A stretch of 64,000 bases of DNA from Candidatus Dormiibacterota bacterium. Its GTDB lineage: Bacteria; Chloroflexota; Dormibacteria; Aeolococcales; Aeolococcaceae. Location of the stretch: positions 352,001 through 416,000 of the forward strand of contig CAVPXI010000014.1 in NCBI GenBank assembly GCA_963709585.1, in the 5' to 3' direction. The notes under the pieces are model-generated. The model saw only the letters and a program-made list of their open reading frames with translations, searched no databases and was not told where the DNA came from. The position numbers and the translations under genes are program-made. Positions 9,821-21,033 of the stretch are shown here, in pieces. The number at the start of each line of letters is the position of its first letter. Position 1 is the first letter of the stretch.

Positions 9821-11014
9821 TCAGCCGAGCACGTCCAGGCCGGCGCGCACCAGGGTCTCGACCCCGACCGGAAGGGCGGCCTCGTCGATGTCGAAGTAGG
9901 CGCTGTGATGCGGCGGCACCGGGCCGCGCTCAGGATGGCCGGCCCCGACGAGAAAGTAGCAGCCGGGCGCGCGTTCGAGAAAGCACGCCACATCGTCGCC
10001 AACCGTGATCGGGACCGCGATGTCGACGTGGTCCTCGCCGACGGTTGCTGCGGCGGCCCGACGGACGAGGTCGGCGGTCGCGGTGTCGGAGACGACCGGC
10101 GGACAGCCGCTGCCCCGAACGAAGTGCGCCTCGGCGCCATAGCCGCTCGCCACCGCGGTGGCGATCTCCGCGACCCGGTTGAGGAGGCGCTCCCGCTCGC
10201 TCGCCTCGATCGCCCGCGTGGTGCCGAGCAGCTCCGCGGACTCGGCGATCACATTGAAGGCGGTCCCGGCGGTCACCCGACCGATGGTGATCACCGCCGG
10301 TGAGAACGGCGACGTCTCCCGGCTGATGATCGTCTGGATCGCCAGGATCACCTGCGCGGTCACCACCACCGGGTCGATGGCGGTGTGGGGCATGCCTCCG
10401 TGCCCCCCACGCCCTTGAATCGTGAGCGAGAAGCTGTCGGCACTCCCAAAGATAACGCCAGACTTGACTGCAACTCGTCCGGTTTCGAGCGGCGCCCAGA
10501 GGTGGATGCCGAGGACGCGGTCCACGCCGTCGGCGGCCCCGTCGTCAATCATCGGCATCGCCCCCGAGGCAGTCTCCTCGGCCGGCTGAAAGCAGAGCCG
10601 GAGGCGCCCCGACCAGCCGTCACGCAGCGCGACGAGCGCGCTCGCGGCCCCAAGTGTCATCGCCACGTGGCCGTCGTGCCCGCAGGCGTGCATCACCCCG
10701 TCGACTCCGGATGTGACCACGCGCCCCTCGCCGCGCTCGGCGATCGGCAGCGCATCCATGTCGGCACGCAGCATCAGGGTCGGACCGGGCCGGCCGCTGT
10801 CGAGATCGGCCAGCACCCCGGTCCCGCCCACACCGGTGCGAACCGTGAAGCCGAGGTCGGCGCTGCGCTGCGCAGCCAGGTCCGCGGTGTCGTGTTCCTC
10901 GAGCGACAGCTCGGGGTGCCGGTGCAGCACCCGCCTGGTCTCGATGACCTCTTCACGCGTCCGGTCGACCTCGGCGCTGATGCGAGCGTCGAGATCGACC
11001 GCGATGCCGCTCAC
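9821..11014 (-). CDS. M20 family amidohydrolase
   Basis: LHRHPELS.EE, LRADMDALP, MHACGHDGH, FQPAEE, GRGGHG, HHS..FDIDE. Confidence 0.93.
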   Translation of the reverse strand: MSGIAVDLDARISAEVDRTREEVIETRRVLHRHPELSLEEHDTADLAAQRSADLGFTVRTGVGGTGVLADLDSGRPGPTLMLRADMDALPIAERGEGRVVTSGVDGVMHACGHDGHVAMTLGAASALVALRDGWSGRLRLCFQPAEETASGAMPMIDDGAADGVDRVLGIHLWAPLETGRVAVKSGVIFGSADSFSLTIQGRGGHGGMPHTAIDPVVVTAQVILAIQTIISRETSPFSPAVITIGRVTAGTAFNVIAESAELLGTTRAIEASERERLLNRVAEIATAVASGYGAEAHFVRGSGCPPVVSDTATADLVRRAAAATVGEDHVDIAVPITVGDDVACFLERAPGCYFLVGAGHPERGPVPPHHSAYFDIDEAALPVGVETLVRAGLDVLG

Positions 11015-11364
11015 GACGCGCCGGCGGCGCCGAGGCCGGACCGCCGCAGCGCCACCGCCTGGATCGCGCCGTTGTTGACGACCCGGGTCGCACCCGACGC
11101 GCGTGCGCGGCGTCGCAGCTCGAGGTCGCCGTGATGCGAGAAACCGACGATCTCAAGGCCGGGGCGCTCGCCGCGCAAGCGCCCGATCAGCGCGAGACGC
11201 GGCTCGACGGCATCGTTGAGGTCCACGAACACCACGTCCACGTCCGGAACGGAATCGCCGGCCACGAGCACGGCGCTGCCACCGGCTCGTCGCATCGTGG
11301 TGCTGAGCCGGCTCGCGAACATGAGGTCGTCGGTGACCATCGCGACCGTGCCCGGTGACCCCAT
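11011..11364 (-). CDS. Single-domain receiver-like (REC) protein
   Basis: VTDDL, DVVFVDL, IVGFSHH, GATRV pattern; conserved Lys is absent; start set by TATGAT-N7-ATG. Confidence 0.7.
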   Translation of the reverse strand: MGSPGTVAMVTDDLMFASRLSTTMRRAGGSAVLVAGDSVPDVDVVFVDLNDAVEPRLALIGRLRGERPGLEIVGFSHHGDLELRRRARASGATRVVNNGAIQAVALRRSGLGAAGAS

Positions 11365-11479
11365 GCCGCCCATCATAGGTGCGCCGGCCGCCCGCCCTGG
11401 GGCAGACTGCGCACGCTGCTGGACGGCCGCTCTCGCAGCGACCGCTGCTCAGACCGCTGCCTCAAAGGAGTGTCAAACC

Positions 11480-12328
11480 ATGGAGATCGGGAGCGTGGGC
11501 ATCGTCGGCGCGGGGCTGATGGGTTCGGGGATCGCCGAGGTGTGTGCCCGCAACGGCATCCGAACCCTGGTCACCGAGGCGGGATCCGAGCAGCTGGCCG
11601 CCGGCCAGCGCCGGGTCAGCGCGTCGCTCGAGCGTGGGCGCCAGACCGGGAAGCTCAGCGATGACGACGTCGATCGGATCAATGGACTGCTGACCTTCAC
11701 AGAGCACCTCGAGGATTTCGCGGAGTGCGATTTCTGCGTCGAGGCGATCGTCGAGCAGCTGCCCGCAAAGGTCACCGTCTTCGAGCAGCTGGACCGCATC
11801 GTGTCCGAGGATGCGATCCTCGCCACCAACACCTCGGCGCTGCCGATCATCGAGATCGCGCGGGCAACCCGGCGGCCGGACCGGGTGATCGGCACGCACT
11901 TCTTCAACCCCGCCCCGGTGATGAAGTTGATCGAGGTGGTCCGGAGCATCGCCACCAGCGACGAGACCCTTGAGGAGACGCGCGCCCTCGGCGAGCGACT
12001 CGGCAAGCGCATCATCGTCGCCCAGGATCGGGGTGGCTTCATCGTCAACCTGCTGCTCATCCCATTCCTCACCCATGCGATCCGGCTCTACGAATCGGGT
12101 TTCGCCACCCGTGACGACATCGACGAGGGGATGCGGCTCGGCTGCGGCCATCCGATGGGACCGCTCCAGCTGCTCGACTACATCGGCCTGGACACCGCGA
12201 TGTTCGTGTGCGAATCGCTGTACGAGGAGTATGCGAACAGCGACTTCGCGCCTCCCCCACTGCTCCGCCGGATGGTGTCGGCCGGCTATCTCGGCAGGAA
12301 GAGCGGGCGCGGTTTTTACGAGTACTGA
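11480..12328 (+). CDS. 3-hydroxybutyryl/3-hydroxyacyl-CoA dehydrogenase
   Basis: GAGLMGSGIA, EAIVE, ATNTSAL, GTHFFNPAP, GHPMGPL.LLDYIGLD, GRKSGRGFY; AAGGAG RBS. Confidence 0.95.
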   Translation: MEIGSVGIVGAGLMGSGIAEVCARNGIRTLVTEAGSEQLAAGQRRVSASLERGRQTGKLSDDDVDRINGLLTFTEHLEDFAECDFCVEAIVEQLPAKVTVFEQLDRIVSEDAILATNTSALPIIEIARATRRPDRVIGTHFFNPAPVMKLIEVVRSIATSDETLEETRALGERLGKRIIVAQDRGGFIVNLLLIPFLTHAIRLYESGFATRDDIDEGMRLGCGHPMGPLQLLDYIGLDTAMFVCESLYEEYANSDFAPPPLLRRMVSAGYLGRKSGRGFYEY

Positions 12329-12341
12329 CCTGGGCGGAGGG

Positions 12342-12776
12342 TCAGTTCGGCCGGTCCCCGGGGACGGGCTCGGGCGCCTTGCGCTCCTCGACGTTGAGGT
12401 TGACAGCGCCGATCCGGTTCCCACCCGTCCAGAACTCGGTGGCGTACACGCCGGGCTCGCCGAACATCGGCTGGAGGATGGTCACCGTTGAGATGCTGAC
12501 CTCCTGCCCGGGAACCAGCCGCGGCCCGGCCGCCTGGAACTGCAGGGTAACCGGGGCCAGGACGAGCTTGCCCTGGGCGTCGGTGAGGCGAAGCTCGACC
12601 TGGTGCGCCTGGCCGACATCGGCGGCGCTGAAGCGAAAGCCGGCCACCACCGCGAACGCGGCACGCCCGGGAAGCGATGCCATCGAAAGGGCGCTGAAGC
12701 CACCGCCGAGCACGTACAGCTTGCCGTCAGGAGGAACCACGGCGCTGTCGGCGAAGAAGGCGAAGCTCAATTCCAT
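12342..12776 (-). CDS. Conserved hypothetical protein (DUF6941-like)
   Basis: FAFFADSA...DGKLYVLGGGF and F.EPGVY patterns. Confidence 0.7.
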   Translation of the reverse strand: MELSFAFFADSAVVPPDGKLYVLGGGFSALSMASLPGRAAFAVVAGFRFSAADVGQAHQVELRLTDAQGKLVLAPVTLQFQAAGPRLVPGQEVSISTVTILQPMFGEPGVYATEFWTGGNRIGAVNLNVEERKAPEPVPGDRPN

Positions 12777-12842
12777 CCTGGCGCTACTTTCGCACGCGAG
12801 CACAGGGCGGAGCCGCGCCCGGGTGGGCGACCATTGGGCGCG

Positions 12843-13178
12843 ATGATTGATCCGGCGCCTCGCAACCTGCACGTCTTCGTCTGCACCACGGTCGGGCGTC
12901 ACCACTGCGGCGGTCAGGGGTCGGAGCACGTCCTGCAACGGCTGCGCGACGAGGTGGAGCGGCTCGAGCTGACCTGGGTGCGCACCACCAGGATGGGCTG
13001 CAACCAGCAGCACCACCAGGGGCCGATCATGATCGTCTACCCCGACGGCGTCTGGTACGGCCGCCTCGAGGTCAGCGATGTCGACGTGATCATCGCCGAG
13101 CACCTGATCGCGGGGCGCCCCGTCGAGCGCTTGCGCATCGTGCCCGACGGCCCCTGGTCCGCGACGTCGCTGACCTGA
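12843..13178 (+). CDS. Thioredoxin-like [2Fe-2S] ferredoxin
   Basis: HVFVCT...C, GC...H..GP..IVYPDGVWYG, IIAEHL..GRPVERL. Confidence 0.85.
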   Translation: MIDPAPRNLHVFVCTTVGRHHCGGQGSEHVLQRLRDEVERLELTWVRTTRMGCNQQHHQGPIMIVYPDGVWYGRLEVSDVDVIIAEHLIAGRPVERLRIVPDGPWSATSLT

Positions 13179-13236
13179 AACGGTGCGGGAGTGTAGGGTG
13201 AATCCGAACGATCGAACTTCGACAGGAGGTGCCGGT

Positions 13237-13500
13237 ATGGGCTATATCCGCGGATTCATGCACGGAGCGGCGTTGGGGACCGTGGTCGGCCTCTGCATCG
13301 CGCCGCAGACCGGCGACAAGACACGCGCGCAACTCCGCCTCATGACCGCCGCCGCGCGCGAGGGTGCCATGACAACCGGACGCGCGCTGAGCAGGGCCAA
13401 GCCGGTGGCGACCGGTGCGGTGCACATGATGGCGACCGCGCGGCATCGCGGCGAGCACGCAGCCAACGGCACCGCGTCGGCGAGCGGCGCCGCCGTCTAG
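13237..13500 (+). CDS. YtxH-like domain protein
   Basis: GFMHGAALGTVVGLCIAPQTGDKTRAQL; AGGAGG RBS. Confidence 0.8.
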   Translation: MGYIRGFMHGAALGTVVGLCIAPQTGDKTRAQLRLMTAAAREGAMTTGRALSRAKPVATGAVHMMATARHRGEHAANGTASASGAAV

Positions 13501-13507
13501 GGTGCGC

Positions 13508-13924
13508 TCAGCCTGCGGCAGGCGCGGTCGCTGAGCCTCCCAGAGCACAGAGAACACCGAGCGCGCCGGTGATGAGGTCGAAGATGTTCATCACCAGCGT
13601 GAAGTGCACGCCGGCGATGCTGCGCGTCCCGGCGGCATTGTCCGGAGCGAGGAAACCGATCAGCGCCAGCAGCAGGAGCACGACGCCGACCGTGAGCACG
13701 ATCTCCTCGGCCATCGTCTCGCGGGCTCGAAATCCAGCGAACGCGAGCGCCGCACCGATGACCAGGTCGAGGACGTCTCTCACGTAGGTCAGGTGCAGCG
13801 CCATCGGTCCAAAATTGCCCTGCGGTTGGTGGTGGACCACGCTTCCCGCGTCGCCCGTCAGCAGGCCCCCGAGGCCGACCGCAAGGAAGACGACCGCGCC
13901 GAACTGGGCGTAAAGACGTGCCAT
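13508..13924 (-). CDS. Small membrane protein (DUF4383-like)
   Basis: Four hydrophobic segments; ARLYAQ.GAVVFL.VG N-terminus. Confidence 0.65.
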   Translation of the reverse strand: MARLYAQFGAVVFLAVGLGGLLTGDAGSVVHHQPQGNFGPMALHLTYVRDVLDLVIGAALAFAGFRARETMAEEIVLTVGVVLLLLALIGFLAPDNAAGTRSIAGVHFTLVMNIFDLITGALGVLCALGGSATAPAAG

Positions 13925-13930
13925 CGAGGG

Positions 13931-14717
13931 TCAGACGTTACCCGATGAAAGCGGGAGCCAGCGGGCCGCGACGATGGTCACGTTATCAGTCCCCCCGCCC
14001 GCCAGAGCGGCGTCACAGGCGCGGGTCAGCGCGACCCCGAGGGGGTCGGGCGTGGCCACGATCGCACCCAGGGCCTGATCCGAGAGCGGTTCCCAGAGGC
14101 CGTCCGAGCACAGCAGGAGGACGTCCCCCGCAGCCGCGTCGACGTCGAAGATGTCGGCTTCGACCGGGTCGCCCATCACCGCTCGCTCGATGAGATTGCG
14201 TTTCGGGTGATGGCGCGCCGCCTCCGCGTCGAGGGCACCGAGGCGGACCTGACCCGCGGCCCAGGAGTGATCTTCGGTGACCTGGGTCACCCCGGAGCTG
14301 CTGATCAGATACACACGGCTGTCGCCCACGTTGGCGACCGAGGCACGGCTGCCGCTGATGATCGCCAGGATCAAGGTCGTGCCCGGGTTGCCCCCGATCG
14401 ACTTCGCGGGCGAACGCCACCGCGTCGTTGGCGGCGGCGACAGCCCGGCGCAGCGCGCCCGCCGCGTCGCTGGCGGGCTCGGCGTCCAGCAGCGTCGCCA
14501 TCGCCGCCGTCACGGCCGCCTCGGCTGCCTCGAGGCCGCCTTTGTGACCGCCCATCCCGTCGGCGAGGGCGAGCAACGCCGTTCTCCCACCCGCCCTGAT
14601 GTGCGCATCCCAGACGTCCTGGTTCTGTGTGCGCACCGGGCCGCGGTCGGTGATCCCGGCGATCTCGAGTGCCTCACCCTCGCCGGCGATCGACCGCGCA
14701 GCGCGGTCGGCGGTCAC
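13931..14717 (-). CDS. PP2C-family Ser/Thr phosphatase; apparent frameshift near 14400
   Basis: TDRGPVR..NQD, ADGMGGH; then GTTL, NVGDSRVY, TEDHS, LLCSDGL, GGTDNVT after removing one base at GACTTC 14400-14405. Confidence 0.9.
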
Positions 14718-15428
14718 GCCCCCGCCCCGGCCTCGGCAGCGGCAGGATGACCGAGCAGGCGGCGCACCACCTCATCGGCGACGGCGACCGGGTCCAGGCA
14801 CTGGATCGTCTGCATGCCGAGGGCGTCCGCCGCCTCGACGTTGCAGAGCAGGTCGTCGATGAACAGACAGCGCTCCGGCCCCACGCCGAGCAGGCTGCAC
14901 GTCAACCGGTAGATCTCCGGATCCGGCTTGCGCATCCCGACCTTCGATGAGTTCGACCACCACGTCGAAGAGCTCGTCGACGGGGAACAGCTTGCTGAAG
15001 ATCGCCTCCCCCTCGCGTGAGATGTTGGTGAGCAGAGCCGTCCGGTATCCGGCGTCGCGGATCTGGCGGACGGCGTCCGCCATGGCGCCGCACGCGACCA
15101 TGCCGCGGCCGAAGACTGCCTGCTGCGCCTCGCGCGGATCCACCGGCTCGTTGCCGGCGGCGACGTAGCGGGCGGTCATCCGGTCGAAGAACTCGTCGTC
15201 CGAGATCTTGCCCATCTCTAGCAGGTGGAGGTCGTGGGCACCCGTGGTCAGGTGGTAGTGGTCGCGGAACTCGCCGAGAAAGAACGCGATCAGGCCGAAG
15301 TACTCGGGGGGCACATCGGTTCGGTGGTGGAAGAGGGGCTCGGTCATCACCCCGCCGAGATCAAAGATCACGGCGTCGAACTCGCGAGCGGAGGTGACCT
15401 GCTCAGAGGTTGTCTGCGGTTTTCTCAT
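14714..15428 (-). CDS. HAD family phosphatase; apparent frameshift near 14950
   Basis: VIFDLGGV, ALLTN, then RKPDPEIY and FIDD..NV..A..LGM in the next frame. Confidence 0.9.
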
Positions 15429-15466
15429 CGCCTCCATTGTGCCTAACCGTGCCAAGATGCCCGGTC

Positions 15467-16406
15467 ATGCTGGTTCTCAGCAGGCACGACGTCGAGGGTC
15501 TGCTCTCCGTGCCGGCGATGCTCGACGCCCTGGAGGCTGGATTTCTCGCCTACTCGACGGGTCGGGCGTCGGTGCCGCCGCGCACCGCGGCGCGTGCGCC
15601 GTCGGGCCTGCTCGGCGCGATGCCCGGCTGGGTTGCCGAGCGGGGCCTCGCGCTCAAGGCGGTCACCGTCTTCCCGGGCAACGGCGAACGCCGGCTTCCG
15701 ACCCATCAGGGGGTGATCACGCTCTTCGACGAGCAGGACGGCTCGCTGCTGAGCGTCATGGACGGCGAGCACATCACCGCGATGAGGACGGGTGGCGGCG
15801 CGGCCGTGTCGGTTCGGGCGCTCGCCCGATCCGATGCGAAGACGCTGACCATCCTCGGTGCCGGGGTGCAGGGCCACTCCCATCTCGCGACCGTGCCCCA
15901 GGTTCGAGACTTCACGAGCATCCGCATCTGCTCGCGTGACCCGGACCGCGCTGCGGCGCTGGCCGCCGCCGATCCGCGCTGCACGGTGCTGTCGGGGTTC
16001 GAGCAGGCGATCCGGGGCGCCGACGTCGTCTGCTGCTGCACCGACGCGAGGGAGCCGATCACCCGCTACGACTGGTTTGACGCCGGCACCGCATGTCACC
16101 TCGGTGGGAGGGACGTTCGGGCCCGAGGTCGATGCGGACACGGTCCGCCTCGCCCGCGTGTTCGTCGAGTGGAAGGGTGCCGCCGAGAGCGCGCCGCCGG
16201 CCGGTGCTCACGAGTTGCAGGGACGGGACGCGGCAACGATCACGGAGGTTGGTGAGGTGCTCGCCGGGCTGAAGCCGGGGCGGCAGAGTGACGCCGAGAT
16301 CACCCTGTACAAGTCGACCGGGAGCGGTTTTGAGGATGCCGTGGTGGCTCGGATCGTCTATGACGCCGCGGTCGCCGCAGGAGTGGGCACGGAAGTCGCG
16401 CTGTGA
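15467..16406 (+). CDS. Ornithine cyclodeaminase/mu-crystallin family protein; apparent frameshift near 16090
   Basis: MPG, LKAVTVFPGN, ITAMRTG, GAGVQG; HVTSVG and TLYKSTG..ED in the next frame. Confidence 0.9.
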
Positions 16407-17332
16407 CGGCGATCCAGGAAGTCGACGCGGCCCGCGTGCACGAGGTGGCGCGACTGCTGGCGCCGCACATCCGCCACACGCCCTTGATCCCGACCCCCGG
16501 CGGCGGGTTCCTCAAGCTCGAATCGCTGCAACCCACGGGAAGTTTCAAGGTTCGCGGCTTCTTCGCCGCCGCGCACGTTTTCGCTAGCGAGCGGGTGGCC
16601 CGCGGGCTGCTCACCGTGAGCGCCGGCAACGCGGCGCTGGCGTGCGCGTACGTCGCCCGCGAGCTCCGGGTTCCGTGTCGGGTGATGATGGTCGATACCG
16701 CGCCCGCGCTCAAGGTCGACGGAGTCCGCGAGCTCGGCGCGAACGCCGTGCTCATGCCCCGCGATCGCCTGCTCGAATGGATCGCGAACCGAGAGTGGGA
16801 GCGTGATCCTGAAGCGTTCATCCATCCGTTCGCCAACGAGGCGGTGATCGAGGGCCACTCGTCGATGGTGCCCGAGATCATGGCCGACCTTCCCGATGTC
16901 GAGCGAGCCTTCGTGCCCGTCGGTGGTGGCGGGCTGATCTGCGGCATCGCGCTGGGATTCGCCGCGCTCAAACCCGACGTCCAGGTGGTCGGCGTGCAGT
17001 CCGACGGATATCCCTTGTGGCAGCAGGCATTTGCGCTCAACGGCCCGCCCTCGCTCACGCCCGCCACGATCGCCGACGGAACCGCCGCGCCCTTCGATCC
17101 GGCGATGTTCGCGCGCCTGCGCTCGCTGGTCGGCGAGTGGGTCGTCGTGCCCGAGGCAACCGTGCGAAAGACGGTCGCGCGCCTGGCGACCGAGGTGAAG
17201 GTGGTCGCCGAGGGAGCCGGAGCCCTCGCCTACGCGGCGATGGTCGACAGCCGACCGACGCCGCACACCGTGGCAATCCTCAGCGCCGGCAACATCGATG
17301 CCTCGCTCCTCGCGGAGTTGCTCATCGAGTAG
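16403..17332 (+). CDS. PLP-dependent threonine/serine dehydratase family enzyme
   Basis: LKLESLQPTGSFKVRG, SAGN, PVGGGGL, TIADG, VAEGAGA, ILSAGNID. Confidence 0.9.
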   Translation: MTAIQEVDAARVHEVARLLAPHIRHTPLIPTPGGGFLKLESLQPTGSFKVRGFFAAAHVFASERVARGLLTVSAGNAALACAYVARELRVPCRVMMVDTAPALKVDGVRELGANAVLMPRDRLLEWIANREWERDPEAFIHPFANEAVIEGHSSMVPEIMADLPDVERAFVPVGGGGLICGIALGFAALKPDVQVVGVQSDGYPLWQQAFALNGPPSLTPATIADGTAAPFDPAMFARLRSLVGEWVVVPEATVRKTVARLATEVKVVAEGAGALAYAAMVDSRPTPHTVAILSAGNIDASLLAELLIE

Positions 17333-17441
17333 CCGGCCGCCCAGCCAAGCTGCCATGCTTGCGGCCCCACGGGAAGGGTCGATGGCGGAGCCGCCACCGG
17401 GCGTGCGACGTCCGTCGAGCGCAGCGAGAGTTTCGGGTGAG

Positions 17442-18227
17442 GTGGTGAGGGGGCTCGCGACAACAGTGTTGATCGGTTCGTGGCTGCTTGCGGCGACAGC
17501 GTGTGGCGCCACGGTGCCTCGGGATGGCATCGCGACGCCCTCGTCAGCCGCCGCCGCCACTCCGGGAGTGGCGGCCGGTCCGTGCGCGGCGGTCAAGGCG
17601 ACCACGGCGCTGACACAGGTCTCGATCGCGTGTCAGCAGCTCTGGTCGTCGCACGGTGTCACCGCCGTGCCGCCGGCAGACGAGCTTGTCCTGGAGCACG
17701 TGCCCGCGGTGCCGGCGGTCACCAACATGACCGGACGGGCGGTATCCGACGCCACCGCGCAGCACTGGGCTGACGCGAGCAACCGGGACAGCGGGTGGTG
17801 GAAGTGGGCGGAGAGCCACGACCAGCTTTTCGCGCTCCGCTTCCTCGTCGGGCCGGCGCTGATTCCGGCGGTCGAGGTCGAAGCGCTCCAGAACGGCGGA
17901 ACCGTTGACCAGCCGGATTGCAACCTGTATCCGCTGAGCTGGAAGCTCTTTCCGGTTGACGCCGCCGGCAGGGCGTACTTCGCGCGCAAGAACCTGCCCG
18001 CCGACGACTCCTATGTCTTCGTGGTCGTCTACTCCGGACCCTGCAGCGAGACCGTCCACGCGTCGAACGGGACGAGCGCGACCATCGTCGATTTCACCAA
18101 GGACACGACCATCTTCAGTCCGGGCGTCCTCCGCCATGACCCGGTGCTGGGCGATATCTGGTTCGCGGATGCCGGGGGAAATTGCCAGGATCCGAGCGGG
18201 CCGCCGGCGGCGTGGTGCAGCCGGTGA
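17442..18227 (+). CDS. Hypothetical secreted protein or lipoprotein, Cys-rich
   Basis: Hydrophobic leader ending LAATAC (lipobox-like), P/A/T-rich linker, several Cys; start uncertain. Confidence 0.65.
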   Translation: MVRGLATTVLIGSWLLAATACGATVPRDGIATPSSAAAATPGVAAGPCAAVKATTALTQVSIACQQLWSSHGVTAVPPADELVLEHVPAVPAVTNMTGRAVSDATAQHWADASNRDSGWWKWAESHDQLFALRFLVGPALIPAVEVEALQNGGTVDQPDCNLYPLSWKLFPVDAAGRAYFARKNLPADDSYVFVVVYSGPCSETVHASNGTSATIVDFTKDTTIFSPGVLRHDPVLGDIWFADAGGNCQDPSGPPAAWCSR

Positions 18228-19480
18228 CGCCACGCCGGCGTCGGGCGTGCGTCATCGGCGTGTTGATCGCGCTGATGCCGGGCGCGGCGGGCTTCGCCGC
18301 GGGCGGCGGGGGCGGCAGCGGCGGCGCCCAACCCGGACCGTCAAGCCAGGGCACCGGCGCCGTGACCGACGGCAAGCTTGTGGCCGGCGCAGGCGGAACG
18401 TATCTCCCGATCATCCCCGCCGACATCACCCCGACGGGGACCGAGCCCCCCAATCCACTCCAGATCCCGCCACCCGGAGCCAATCCCCAGGGAATGACCT
18501 GCCCGGATTCGCACCTCTTCCACGTCGGTCCGGGATCACCGTCACCGGGCGGTGGCATCGTCGCGGCAATCGCCATCCATCCCTTCTTCAGGAAGAATGC
18601 TGCGGGTGGCTACGACGGCTTCGAATCGGGGTTCGGATATGCGCTCCGAGGCGCGATCCCACCCGGCGGTAACCCCGCGGACACCGCGCCGGGCAGTCCC
18701 GCCACCGCCGCGAACGTCGCCGGTCATGTGATCGCCGTCACGGCGTTCCTGCGCACCCGCGGCACCTGGCAGGATGCGCAGACAGTGGCACCGTTCGGAG
18801 GGAGCTGCCAGGGCGCGACGTTCTGGTTCAGCGCTCCATACCTCGCGGGTGACGCTCCCCCTCCGGTCCCGCCGGTCAGCGTCCTGCAGACACCACCGTT
18901 TCCGATCGGAGCGGACCTGGTGGCGGCGCTGACGAAATCGTGGACGGTCGGAGGGATCGAGACACTTCCCGGCGGCTCCGGAACCTCGCGCAGCTTTGTG
19001 CACATCCCCACCTGCGCGTGGACCGACTCGACGGTTCCGACCGTCCCCGACCCGTACCACGCGCTGACCACGACGGTAGTGGACGGCTACACGCTCTTCC
19101 TGCTCTACGACGTCACGGTGACCCCGGGGCCGGTCGCATGGAGCTGGGGCGACGGTACGCGCACGATTGCGCCAGGCCCGGTCGAGCACCGACCCACGAG
19201 CCTGCCGAGCTACGACCCCACGACGCAGCGCTGGACCGATCCGTGCCCGGTGAGCCACGACTATGCCGACGTCTCGCCCGGGGCGACCATCACAGCGACC
19301 GAGACGTTCACGGTCACCATCACGGTCAGCTGGAGCGACGGTGTCGCGATTCACACCGAGCCGGTGGCGTGCGCTTCCGGCGGTGGCGCCTGCCGCCCGA
19401 CCCTCGGTCCCGGCGATGGATGGCAGAGCGGGCCACATCCCATCGACCAGATCGAGCCGGTTCCCTACCAACCACAGTAG
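18224..19480 (+). CDS. Hypothetical secreted protein with PKD-like C-terminal domain
   Basis: Signal peptide, Gly/Pro-rich region, WSWGDG...C..SHDY...ITAT..FTV.ITVSW; GTGA overlap with the upstream gene. Confidence 0.7.
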   Translation: MTPRRRRACVIGVLIALMPGAAGFAAGGGGGSGGAQPGPSSQGTGAVTDGKLVAGAGGTYLPIIPADITPTGTEPPNPLQIPPPGANPQGMTCPDSHLFHVGPGSPSPGGGIVAAIAIHPFFRKNAAGGYDGFESGFGYALRGAIPPGGNPADTAPGSPATAANVAGHVIAVTAFLRTRGTWQDAQTVAPFGGSCQGATFWFSAPYLAGDAPPPVPPVSVLQTPPFPIGADLVAALTKSWTVGGIETLPGGSGTSRSFVHIPTCAWTDSTVPTVPDPYHALTTTVVDGYTLFLLYDVTVTPGPVAWSWGDGTRTIAPGPVEHRPTSLPSYDPTTQRWTDPCPVSHDYADVSPGATITATETFTVTITVSWSDGVAIHTEPVACASGGGACRPTLGPGDGWQSGPHPIDQIEPVPYQPQ

Positions 19481-19491
19481 CCGGCGCGCGG

Positions 19492-21027
19492 TCACGGGCC
19501 GAGCAGCGACCTGCCGGTCATCGCGGCCGGTACCGGGAGTCCCATCGCATCCAGCACGGTGGGGGCGACGTCGCGCAATCCCCCACCCTCGCGAAGCGGC
19601 AGATTGCCGGCGCCGCACAGGATCACCGGCACGGGACTGGTGGTGTGCGCGGTGAGGACCGAACCGTCGCGGCGATCGATCTTGTACTCCGCGTTGCCGT
19701 GGTCGGCGGTGACGAGCAGACCCCCGGTACACCCGTCGACAGCGCGCGCCAGGCGGCCCAGGCACGCGTCGATGCACTCGACGGCACGCACGGTGGCGTC
19801 GAAGTCGCCGGTGTGCCCGACCATGTCCGCGTTGGCGTAGTTGGCGATGATCAGCGCGTCTTCGCCATGTTCGAGCCGGGCGATCACCGCATCGGTGACG
19901 CCCGCCGCGCTCATCTCCGGCACCGTGTCGTAGGTGGCGACCCGGGGCGATGGAACGAGCACGCGCTCCTCTCCGTCGAACGCGGTCTCGCGGCCGCCGT
20001 TGATGAAGTACGTGACATGCGCGTATTTCTCGGTCTCCGCGACGTGGAACTGGCGCAGCCCGGCGGCGCTCACCTCGTCGGCGAGCGTGTGCCGGACGTC
20101 CTCGCGCGGGAACGCAACGCGCGCATCGAGGTCCCGCTCGTACTCGGTGAAGGTGACCACGTCGACGTCGCGGAGCACCCTCGAACGTGAGAACCACTCG
20201 AAATCCGCGTCGACGAGCGCATGGCACAGCTGACGAGCACGATCCGGGCGGAAGTTGAAGAAGACGATCGAGTCGCCATCCTCGATCCGGACGCGCCTCC
20301 CCGCCTGCAGGATCGACACCGGGGCCACGAATTCGTCGGTGACCCCCGCTGCGTACGCCGCCTCGATGGCGGCGATCGGGTCGGCGGCGGTGCCGTCGCC
20401 GGCGCCGGCGATCACCTCGTACGCCTGCTGGGTGCGGTCCCAGCGCCGATCCCGGTCCATCGCGTAGTAGCGACCGCTCACCGATGCGACGGCGCCCGCG
20501 CCGACCCGCTGCAGTCCTTCGAGGAACGTGCGAACGAAGCCCGCGGCGCTCGTCGGCGGCTCGTCTCGGCCGTCGAGAAACGCGTGAAACCACACGGCGT
20601 CCAAGCCCCGGCGTCGCGCCAGCTCGGCGAGGGCGACCGCATGATCCTGGTGGCTGTGCACCCCTCCCGGCGAGATCAACCCGAGACAGTGCAACGCCAC
20701 GCCGCGATCGCGCGCGCGATCGACCACCTCGCACAGCGCGGCGTTCTCGTAGAAGCTGCCGTCCTCGATCGCACGATTGATGCGCGACAGGGGCTGGTAG
20801 ATGAGCCGTCCCGCGCCGATGGTGAGATGACCGACCTCTGAGTTTCCCTGCTGACCCGGCGGCAGCCCCACGGCCTCACCGCTCGCGTCCACCTGCGTAT
20901 GCGGCCACAGTGTCTCGAGCACGTCGAACTCGGGCGTGCGCGCGGCCGCGATCGCGTTCCCGTATGGATCCGGACTGCATCCCCACCCGTCGAGGATGAC
21001 GAGCACGAAGGGTCGCACCCCGCTCAT
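19492..21027 (-). CDS. gpmI: 2,3-bisphosphoglycerate-independent phosphoglycerate mutase
   Basis: [57 protein letters not shown]. Confidence 0.97.
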   Translation of the reverse strand: MSGVRPFVLVILDGWGCSPDPYGNAIAAARTPEFDVLETLWPHTQVDASGEAVGLPPGQQGNSEVGHLTIGAGRLIYQPLSRINRAIEDGSFYENAALCEVVDRARDRGVALHCLGLISPGGVHSHQDHAVALAELARRRGLDAVWFHAFLDGRDEPPTSAAGFVRTFLEGLQRVGAGAVASVSGRYYAMDRDRRWDRTQQAYEVIAGAGDGTAADPIAAIEAAYAAGVTDEFVAPVSILQAGRRVRIEDGDSIVFFNFRPDRARQLCHALVDADFEWFSRSRVLRDVDVVTFTEYERDLDARVAFPREDVRHTLADEVSAAGLRQFHVAETEKYAHVTYFINGGRETAFDGEERVLVPSPRVATYDTVPEMSAAGVTDAVIARLEHGEDALIIANYANADMVGHTGDFDATVRAVECIDACLGRLARAVDGCTGGLLVTADHGNAEYKIDRRDGSVLTAHTTSPVPVILCGAGNLPLREGGGLRDVAPTVLDAMGLPVPAAMTGRSLLGP

Positions 21028-21033
21028 GCGGCG

